A stretch of DNA of 64,000 nt. It comes from Histomonas meleagridis 2922-C6/04-290x (lineage: Eukaryota; Protista; Parabasalia). The stretch spans positions 186,001-250,000 of the forward strand of contig JAANOX010000275.1 in the NCBI GenBank assembly GCA_020184695.1, read 5' to 3'. The notes below the pieces were generated by a model, which searched no databases, was not told the origin of the DNA, and was given only the letters and a program-made list of their open reading frames with translations. Below, in pieces: positions 1 through 8,605 of the stretch. How positions within the stretch are numbered: position 1 is the stretch's first letter; each line of letters opens with the position of its first letter. A program made the position numbers and the translations under genes.

Positions 1-135
1 ATCTCAATATAATCTGACATCGATTCAGTTAAACAAGGAGGTCGTCCAACTCTGTGATTCATTTTCACTCTCTTCTTTATTGCAGAAATCCTCCTGGAGC
101 TGATGTTCAGGATTGTAATCTTATGATTGTTTTTC
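1..135 (-). pseudogene. possible transposase N-terminal (HTH) remnant, runs off window
   Basis: Manual minus-strand translation gives HKITILNISSRRISAIKKRVKMNHRVGRPPCLTESMSDYIE; GRPxxL is typical of Tc1/pogo N-termini. No intact start. Confidence 0.3.
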
Positions 136-244
136 TGGTTAACTTATTTTTTTTTTTTTTAGACTCAGCACATAGTGACGATAACAAAGTTTGTTCACTC
201 AATGGGCAATCTATTTTTTTCTTTTTTTCTTTTTCTTTAATCCA

Positions 245-390
245 AGGTACCCCCTCCCCCAAAAGAAGCCCTAATGGCGAATGAGTGCATTTATCACGAG
301 CTGGCCGTAGCCCGACCTCGCGGAGCCCTTTTTTATATAAGGGCGGAGACAGGTGATCAGTATAAAGTGTACTAGGGGAGGGGGTTAGGC
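245..390. promoter_or_regulatory. GC-rich viral non-coding region, candidate origin/promoter
   Basis: Inverted repeat CCCCCTCCCC (250-259) / GGGGAGGGGG (375-384); hairpin GCCCTT-ttttatat-AAGGGC (325-344) overlapping TATATAA; lies downstream of Rep. No canonical TAGTATTAC seen. Confidence 0.45.
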
Positions 391-704
391 ACTTTTTTTA
401 ATTTGATTTTTGCCCGTTATTTGAGAACGTTAAAAATAAAAATTTTAGGCTCAGGACCCATATTTCGAAAAACGTTAACTGGTACCTCCTTTCAAGATCA
501 TGTTACCCTGACCTAAATATGAATTTTCGTCCCAATTTAATGAAAAACGGACACCAGATTTGAATACTTTATTTGCAAATTCAATTCATTTTGATCGTCT
601 TTCGACCGATAGGATTTTTGTCCCATTCATATATTTGTGTCACTTTTGCTGTCAATTTTGGTACCTTCAATAAAATTTAAGGATAAAATTGTCAAATGAA
701 TTGT

Positions 705-1664
705 TTATTGATTTAACGGTTCCAGGTCCCTTTGTAAATTCAAATCCTCAGGCCCTTTCACCTCAATTTCTTTAAATCTTCGTCTTATTGCCAGTCCATC
801 GTCCCCCGGAAATACTGTATCAATAGAGTAATTGCTTGTAACGATCAGGTTAAAAGTGCCAGGATCGATCATAACTTCTCCGTTCTTAACTTCTCCTATG
901 AACGAGTAACGGTCGCTCCATATTTTCATGAGCTGCGCAAACGGTCTCCCATCAGATGGAAAGTCTTCGAATATGACCAGTGTATGTTCTCCGGGCCTAA
1001 AACTGTCCCACCACTTGTTGCACATTTTAGGATAAATCTGGGACAACGGTTTTTTAGTTCTAGCCCAATGACTTTTTCCTGTACCAGGGGGTCCCCAGAT
1101 CCAATAGTTCTTTTTCTCCAATTGACCTGGCCAATCATTATGTACTTTCATGTGACTTATTTTATAGTTCTCCAATCTCTTCTGATGATAAAACGCTTGA
1201 ATTGGATATTTATCTTCAAATTGTTCCCATTTCATAGTCATAACATTCGATAACATTTGTTTCATTTTATCTTCTTTGGATTTATATAACTGAGTCTCCA
1301 TAGTCATTTCTCCATATTCATAATGTTCTCCACCATATTTAGTACAATATTTATAATTGTCTAGTTCACTGCCTCTAGCAATGTCCCAGAAACAATTAGT
1401 TTTGGCCATTAAAGTATTCTTATAAACTCTTTCATCAAATCGAATGTAACCTTGTATATGCTTCGTTCCTGTACTTGGTGCAAACTCTACTTCAGCAATC
1501 ATGTAACTAACCATTGAGAAACTTTCTAATGTTTCTTTCCATGTATCTGGGGGGTTATTCCATGTGAATACCCAACGCTTTGCTCTCGGATTGACTATTG
1601 TTCTTCTTGGTGGCTCCACTGGTAACCTTGTAGCGTCCTTTCTGATTCCTCTCTTTGCTCCCAT
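705..1664 (-). CDS. rep: CRESS virus replication-associated protein (HUH endonuclease + SF3 helicase), intact
   Basis: RCR motifs FTWNN, KHIQG, YCTK; Walker A GPPGTGKS, Walker B IFEDF, motif C IVTSN, Arg finger RRF. ORF is open from 1700; the ATG at 1664 (319 aa) is preferred because Inr-like TCACTT lies at 1680-1675. Confidence 0.95.
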   Translation of the reverse strand: MGAKRGIRKDATRLPVEPPRRTIVNPRAKRWVFTWNNPPDTWKETLESFSMVSYMIAEVEFAPSTGTKHIQGYIRFDERVYKNTLMAKTNCFWDIARGSELDNYKYCTKYGGEHYEYGEMTMETQLYKSKEDKMKQMLSNVMTMKWEQFEDKYPIQAFYHQKRLENYKISHMKVHNDWPGQLEKKNYWIWGPPGTGKSHWARTKKPLSQIYPKMCNKWWDSFRPGEHTLVIFEDFPSDGRPFAQLMKIWSDRYSFIGEVKNGEVMIDPGTFNLIVTSNYSIDTVFPGDDGLAIRRRFKEIEVKGPEDLNLQRDLEPLNQ

Positions 1665-1898
1665 AATTTTTATTAAGTGATCTAAATATTTCATGATCAA
1701 TCACGACATTCAATATTTTTCTATAATGATTATTCCCATACATTTTGAAAGTTTCGGTTCAGAATTCAATCAAAATATTTGATCGTAAATAAAGTATTCA
1801 ATGCAGTGTTGTAATTGTCAAAGTTTTTAATGAATTAAGGAAAAAGTAAATTCCTTCTTGTCACTGATGTGGGAATATCATTTTTATTTTTTAGTCAA

Positions 1899-2258
1899 AT
1901 GGAATATGAAGATACATTTGATAATTTTGGCTTTGATGACAATTCTTTTGATTTTAGTAATGTTTGTCCCGATGCCCTTCAATCTGACGATTAAGAAAAA
2001 CCGTATCCAATTCCACCTCCTGTTTTTACACCCCCTGCTCCATGCCTTATGCCAGACAATGAAGGCCAAGTTAAGTCAATTTACTCCAGTAATGTTGGCT
2101 TACTTAAGGGCTTTATTAAAGAGAATTTTCAGATGGTTGAGGTTTGGGTCATTGTTCTCCCAATAATCTCTATAGGTGCCATCCGTTATGATCGTCGCCG
2201 TAAGGATGTTCCTTCATATCTTATTCACCCTCAATTAATAAATCTCCCACAACATTAA
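1899..2258 (+). pseudogene. viral accessory ORF1 (~119 aa) with one premature stop
   Basis: ATG 1899 follows TCATTTTT (1878-1885) and reads MEYEDTFDNFGFDDNSF...; TAA at 1992-1994; continues in frame into ORF 2049..2258. Confidence 0.6.
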
Positions 2259-2271
2259 ATTTTTTATTGTT

Positions 2272-2784
2272 ATGCCTCGTAGGTTACGTAGACGTAGTTA
2301 TTCACGTGGACGTCCATTGAAGACTGTAAAGTATTCTAATGAGACTTTCAACTGTTCTGGGAATATCACATTCAATACCGGTTCTGGAGATTCTGCTGTT
2401 GGTGATCAAGTAAATACAACCTTGATTAGTGCCGTTGCTACTCAAGGTATGCGTAAAGTAAAGAATTTCACTTTAAAGATGATCACTGATGTCGATATTC
2501 CATTATTATGGGGTTTAGTTTATGTCCCCGATGGTACGGTTGCTCAATCAATGTCACTTGGTACCCCTGCTGCCCCTGTATCATTATATGAACCTAATCA
2601 AAATGTTATCAAGTCAGGGTACCTTACTCCCAATGCCCAACAGACTCAAGTATTCCGTACGAGGTTAGCACGTAATTTGAATTCAGGCGATAGTATCGCT
2701 TTATGTTTAAAGGTTTCTGTTCCTGGTACTGAAATTACAGAAAAATTCTTAGGGGTTCAATTAAATTATGTTATCACTTATTAA
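2272..2784 (+). CDS. cap: CRESS virus capsid protein (short type, Arg-rich N-terminus), intact
   Basis: Basic arm MPRRLRRRSYSRGR; blocks VKYSNET, QGMRKVKNFTL, LVYVP, SLYEPNQNVI and RLARNLNSGD, recognised from the short capsids of protist-associated cressdnaviruses. Confidence 0.88.
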   Translation: MPRRLRRRSYSRGRPLKTVKYSNETFNCSGNITFNTGSGDSAVGDQVNTTLISAVATQGMRKVKNFTLKMITDVDIPLLWGLVYVPDGTVAQSMSLGTPAAPVSLYEPNQNVIKSGYLTPNAQQTQVFRTRLARNLNSGDSIALCLKVSVPGTEITEKFLGVQLNYVITY

Positions 2785-2810
2785 TATAAAATTTTCCCAC
2801 TTTTATTTTT

Positions 2811-3216
2811 ATGTTTGATCCTCATCGCATTGGTTCTATTAGTGAATCTTATTATTCACGTAATAAGGGAAGTGTGTTACAACGTAAGTTGGTTCCTCCT
2901 CTTAATCCTCCTATGTCTAAATATGATTTAGATCGTGCTTATGAAGTTCTTAAGAATAACGGTAGGGTTGCTGATTATACTGTTCAAAATAACATTGTTA
3001 ATTATCCTGGTTCTATTAGATGAAGAACGTTTACAAGATAAATTTGATGAAGCTAAAAAGTTTGTTATTAAAGAAACTGGTGAAAATTATTATACTAGTG
3101 CTTGTAAAAAAGCTGTTACTGAAATGATAGAAAATAAGAATGGTGAACAAGGTGCTATCAAAGGTGCTATCGGTACTTATATACAAGAAGCTACTGGATA
3201 CGGCATTAATAATTGA
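2811..3216 (+). pseudogene. viral accessory ORF2 (~135 aa), frameshifted near 3020
   Basis: ORF 2811..3023 joins the DEERLQDKF... part of ORF 2935..3216 by one frameshift; T-ending codon bias matches Cap. Confidence 0.55.
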
Positions 3217-3244
3217 ATAAAAAAAATTATAATCATTATTTTTT

Positions 3245-3756
3245 ATGATTAAAATAAGTGATTTCTCACCCCATGTAGGGAAGAATAATACTGAACATAA
3301 TAGTTCTAGTGCTAATTGTAAAGTTATTATTAATAATAACAATAGTGAAACACCAGCACATTATCCTGAAGTTAATGAAGAAACACCAAAAATAATTACA
3401 AGAGAAACTGAACTTAATACTGATAATGCTAGTGCTTTATATAAACATATAGCTTTAACATTTAGTGCAATATTAAAAACAAATAATATGAAATTAATAG
3501 CAAATTTAATTGATAATAGTGGAAAAATTATTATTAATGCTAATGATTTAGTACAAGCTATAAGTTCAATTTTAGAAATTGATTTTAATCAAGTTATGAA
3601 GATCCTGAACCTGGATGTTTAAAACATGTAAATCCAATTAAAAAAGTTAACTCAATTAAGATTAATGGCTATGATTTTAGTTCACAATATAATAAAGAAT
3701 ATAACACATTAATGGATGAATTCAATATATCATTAGAAAAAGTATTTATTTATTAA
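3245..3756 (+). pseudogene. Maverick/Polinton-associated hypothetical protein, frameshifted near 3595
   Basis: ORF 3245..3622 continues in another frame as EDPEPGCLKHVNPIKKVNSIKINGYDF...EKVFIY* to 3756. It resembles, from memory only, a repeated trichomonad Maverick hypothetical. Confidence 0.5.
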
Positions 3757-5362
3757 AATTAATATGATAAGGCACAGGATTTAATAAATATCTTGGTACT
3801 GACATTTTTATACCTTTTTCATTATAAATATTATATTTACCTTTTTCGAAATTATCTACTATATAAATATCTGATAATATTTTTGATCTCTTTTTTAATT
3901 GATCTGTGTTATAAACTGTTACTGTTGTACCAGGACTTAAAAAGAATCCTTCTTGATTTATAATTTTATCATTTAATTTATGTAACTCTAAACCAAAAGA
4001 TTTTCTTTGATTAAAAGCTTCTAATGGTGAAATTTTTTTGTGATTTAATTGACTCAATGTTTTATGATAAGTATTATTATAATTATTAACAATTTTCTTC
4101 ATATGATATGGATCTATTTCTTTTAAACCCATATTATCAGCTATATCTCTGATAGTTCTACAAATTCTATTGATTATAGCTAAAGAAGTATGAATAGGAT
4201 AAGATTTATCTTCTAAAATTATTCTTTTTACTGGAATTATTTTTACACCAGATAAATGTGCTGCTATATATTGTAAAGGTTTCGATAAAAATGATTTTTC
4301 AGAATCACAATGTATAATTTTAGGATTAAATCCTGCATTATATAAATTAAATAAAGCTTTAGCTATAGATTCTATTGATTTCTTTGTAGTTATTTTATCA
4401 TTTATTTTTGTATTAGTATAGGCATAAAATAAAAATCTGGACCTAACTTCAACTGCTAATAAATAACAATATTTTGTTTCTGTTTTAGTGGTTTCATCAT
4501 AACCAGAAAAAAATAAATCCATTTGATATTCACCATTATTACCAATATATTTTAATTGATATTTTTTATTTCTTTTATAAGGAAAATAATTTATATTAGG
4601 TTTAAATTGTGGATCTAATTTTGAATAATCAATAAGATATGGAAGTAAATAGTTATCAAATAAATATTTGTTTTTCGAACGAGATTTGAAACCTGTGTTA
4701 ATATAAGGTGAATTCTTAGAATCTTCATAAATATTATAATTTCTATATATATTGTCATAAGGAAATTTACTAAAATATTGTAACAAATAATTACTATAAG
4801 CAGAATCGAATGTAAATACGTTCCCAATTTTATTATCAATTATTTCAATACCATATAAATATTTCCTTAATTCTTCACAATATTTATTAAATTTGAGAGG
4901 CTTTTTTTTAGCTTCAAAAACTTTGTGTGCAAACATCTCATTCAATTTTATAATAATCGTTCTAATATAATATTCATAATGCTCTGGAATTGTTTTTCTT
5001 CCAATTTTTCCATTAATAGGTGTAATTTTTTCATTTTCGATAAAAATTTTAATAAAATTATATTTAGATTCTTCATAATTGTTTAAATGATTATTTTTAT
5101 ATTGTTTATCTGTAATTTTTTCTAAGTTGTCATCTATGAAATAATTAACTAAATTGTTGTATGTTTCAACTAATGGCTTTGTACCAGTATTAAATTCAGG
5201 TGTAGAATTAAACTCCCTATTACATTATTCATTCAAAGAATTAATAAAATTTTGTAGACTCAAATTACCTTTTAATGATGAATTTTGATTTTTTAATCCA
5301 TTTCTAACTAGTGTTCCGAATAAATATTGTATTCCTCTTTGTCTTTTATAAATTGGATCCAT
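3746..5362 (-). pseudogene. retroviral-like (rve) integrase of Maverick/Polinton type; core ORF open, N-terminus damaged
   Basis: YQMDLFF (D1), YLLAVEVRSRF, IIHCDSEKSF (D2), HTSLAIINRICRTIRD, NNYNNTYHKTL. Upstream extension to ATG 5362 (after TCATTTT) has one frameshift (~5338) and one stop (~5230). Confidence 0.85.
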
Positions 5363-5393
5363 ATAAAAAAAATAAAATGAAATAAAATATTTT

Positions 5394-7308
5394 TTATTCT
5401 TTAAATATACTCAACAAATGTTCATCTATTTTACCAGTTACTTCACCAACTATTGAATTTAATATTATAGTAATTATTACTAAATCATCTGATAATTTAT
5501 TACCATCAAATAATACTACATCACCTATTTCATAATCTGCGGTATTATTTACTCTAAAATCAAAATCTCCATGTGTAACAAAATCAATAGTATCTTGTAA
5601 AATTTCTATTTCTCTTTTAATGACATCACCTATTGAAGCTTTATAACCAGTTTCATGTTTAGCTACACATATACCTAAATATTCTTTATATGTACCTGTA
5701 GTTTCAACTGATGGAATATAATCAATTGATGAAGTATTTGTGTCATATTTACCTTCATTGGTTAAAGCATAAACATTACCTGTTAAAAATACAGGTGAAC
5801 CAATTTGAAATTGTGTTAAGTCTTCTGAAACAGGAGCATTATAAATAATAGTTGTATTTATTTGTGCAAGACCTCCAGTTCCTTCGAATGTATTAAATGT
5901 AGTCGCGATATGATATATTGTACTAAATATATCAAGAAAAGTACCATCATTTTGTTTCTTTTGTGTTACAGACTCAAAATATAATCTTCCATATTTTTTA
6001 TCTGCAGTAGGTGTACATCCATAAATTCTCCATAATAATTGATATGTATTACCTGATTCTTCAATTATACTGTGAAATAAAGTTAATTTAGTAGATTCTA
6101 AACTAGTGAATTGATCAGTATCGGATTTTATATTTCCTGTATTAATAATGCCATTAGTTTTTACAGAGTACATAATTTCACTACAAACTATTTTATTACA
6201 ACCTATTGCATCAAAAGATGAGGAGTAATGAAAACCATTTCCTTGTTTTGGTTTAAATGCTATATCATCTTCAATACATTGTATTCTCCAACTATAATCA
6301 TTTTCATATCCATCACTAGTATGCATATCTATGTAAGGACCTGTTGCTAAAACACCATCGTTTTTAATAACTGCAATTGAAGGAACACTAATATTTAAAT
6401 TTGAATCTGAAGGTCCCGGAATTTAAAGCAAAACCATTAATTGTTGAACAATGAATATCTTCTGTATTTGAACCTGTAGGAATATCTGTTAAATCATTAT
6501 AACTATGTGTATGATTTGCAGCAGCATATTTTGTATCATGATTATGATTTTTTAAAGCATACTCAGTATGTGTATGTTCTGAGGGTGGAAATGTTTCAGG
6601 TTTATTAGTTAAATCATTATAACTATGAATATGTTCTTCAGGTGGAAATGACTGTGGTTTATCATTTAAATCATTATAACTATGAGTATGATCTGATGAA
6701 GCATAGTTTGTATGTTCATGATCTTTTTTAGCATAAATCTCATCATGATTATGATCATTTCAAGATATTTTAGTTGTATCTACATTATTTATAGTTGAAC
6801 ATTGAATATTACCATTACTTCCAAAACTTAATAATGATCCAGGTTCGATTTAAAATCTAATGAATTAGTATTAGCAGTAATTCTCCATGTATTATCTTTA
6901 TCATAATTGCATTATTAGCATATCAATATATTGACCACCTTCTACAACACCATCATCTTTTAATGTAATAATAGATGGTACATATAATTTTGTATCTCAT
7001 TTACCACCTTCTGCTGTTGACAATTGAAAACCATTTAATGAAGTAACTTGTACATTCCCATTTACTGTTAAATCATTATTTATTGTATTATGAGTATGAC
7101 TTTTTGTAGAATATTTTTCATCTGTTTCTGATTTATTATAATATAATTGAGGTAATGTAATCGAAGTTATAGTATTAAGTTTTTCTGTTATTTGGTCATT
7201 TGTTGGATAATTTTCTAAAACTTCTTGTAAATCATCTTGATCAATAATTTCAGGAGCAGCAATAACATTAGTTTTTATTCCTTTCGTAGCATTCTCAATA
7301 CTAAACAT
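5394..7308 (-). pseudogene. fibre/tail-fibre-like viral protein (~635 codons) with several lesions
   Basis: ORFs 6997..7308 and 5394..6326 are linked by interrupted coding sequence. YIDMH...WRI occurs twice and His-rich H[T/I]HSYNDL repeats occur three times. ATG 7308 is preceded by TCATTTTT. Confidence 0.65.
6491..6684. repeat. three copies of 17-bp AAATCATTATAACTATG (coding HSYNDL)
   Basis: Copies at 6491-6507, 6611-6627 and 6668-6684. Confidence 0.9.
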
Positions 7309-7328
7309 CGATAAAAAATGATTTTTAT

Positions 7329-7640
7329 TTAATAAATTAATAATAATTCTAACATAAAATATTCTGGTTCAATTTCTTTACCATTCATTTCTTTTTTTTT
7401 TATTTTAAAATTTGGTTTTCTACTTTTATATTCATATTTCTTATATTTAGTTCTATTTTCATTCGTATAAATACAAAAATAATCTTCATAATGATCACGT
7501 TCAATGAAATCAGCGTGCATTGAAACATCAGATACTAAATAATCCTTAAATTTACACTTACATTGTTGCACTACTATATATCTAGGATTTTAAGTAACGA
7601 TAAATTCAGGAGGAAAACGGTTTTCTTTGTGAAGTACAAA
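7329..7640 (-). pseudogene. Maverick-type small structural (penton/minor-capsid-like) protein, 5'-truncated
   Basis: Reads RFPPEFIVT*NPRYIVVQQCKC...MHADFIERDHYEDYFC...KYKKYEY...FMLELLLIY. Resembles, from memory, a repeated trichomonad Maverick protein; the penton assignment is inference. Confidence 0.45.
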
Positions 7641-7739
7641 AATACGTTTTAGTCACAAATTGGAGCATTTATGAAAAATAAAGTTAATTACTGAAAAAAG
7701 ATATTTGTTCGGCCAAAAATAAAAGTAATAGGATAGATG

Positions 7740-7950
7740 TCCGGCCAAATATAACCGGGGACAATTCGTGTTGGTTATGCGAGGTTTTTGTTGTGTTTAT
7801 GTGAAAAGTGGTGCTATCGTCCCTCTGAAAAAGTTTCCCTAGGGTCCCTGGGATTGATTCCGACCGCATTATATACCTACCTCGAATTTTAAGATAAGGC
7901 CGTTGCTCTTGCACGACCGTTAACTGATTTTATCGATAAATTAACGGTTT
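7740..7950. repeat. transposon TIR relic plus small hairpin
   Basis: 7837-7865 matches 61107-61134 at 25/29 nt; ACCGTTAA...TTAACGGT hairpin at 7916-7948 encloses the palindrome TTTATCGATAAA. Confidence 0.55.
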
Positions 7951-8605
7951 TGGTCGATTAAAAACCATTCAAAAATTTCTTATTTAAGATTGTAATGAAA
8001 AGAATATGAATATTGTCCCTATTGACTTAGTCTTATCTCTAATAATCGCGTTTTGACCAAATTTTCACGAGTAAAAATTTATATGAATTTGAGCACTATA
8101 TTTTTCTCGGAATATAAAGCATTCAATTAACTTTTTTTATAGTTTACGCGTGTAAAATATTTGAATATATTTACGAATTAATTAAAAAGTGTTTCTGATT
8201 ATTGTTTTTATTTCAAATTACAGCACAGACAACACGAAAATTAGAAGGTTTTTATCCAATAACGTTTTCTCATTCAATCCAGAAATTTTCGATTAAATTC
8301 AATTTATATAAAGAATCGATAAATAACGCCACTTTTCGAAATCGATTTTTCCGATAAAAAAAGTGGCTATTATCGAAAATTAATCGTGGGCCAATTCTAT
8401 GAAAAGGTATCAAATCAGATTTTTCATGAAAAAGATTGTAATATTGATGAATTAAGATATCTAGTATATTTTTAAAAATCTAGTCATTTTATTTTTTCAA
8501 GATTATCTGAAGACATTAAATTTTTCACTTTACAAATAAATAATAACATATCATTGCTATTTTTTTTTTGGTTGGTATTCACGACATTCAACACTTTTTT
8601 TGGGG

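Larger units (their letters stand above)
240..3216. mobile_element. endogenous CRESS-DNA virus (kirkovirus-like), near-complete genome
   Basis: Ambisense Rep (-) and Cap (+), two extra small ORFs, and a GC-rich non-coding region at 245-390. Boundaries approximate. Confidence 0.85.

Noticed and set aside
204-212. GGGCAATCT, partly resembling a stem-loop I recall from porcine circo-like viruses
   Set aside because: No complementary arm adjacent; too short to support.
926-1253. Short ORFs overlapping Rep
   Set aside because: Shadow frames of the well-supported Rep gene.
1858-2166. 102-aa hydrophobic ORF that looks like a membrane protein
   Set aside because: Alternative frame of ORF1 (1899-2258); T-rich codons generate Leu/Ile/Phe artefactually.
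2935-3015. Hydrophobic N-terminus (signal or TM-like) of the 93-aa ORF
   Set aside because: Shifted reading of the 2811 ORF; real coding probably begins at DEERL.
7570-7577. ACTACT (reverse complement of the Maverick AGTAGT terminus)
   Set aside because: Within coding sequence, with no matching TIR.
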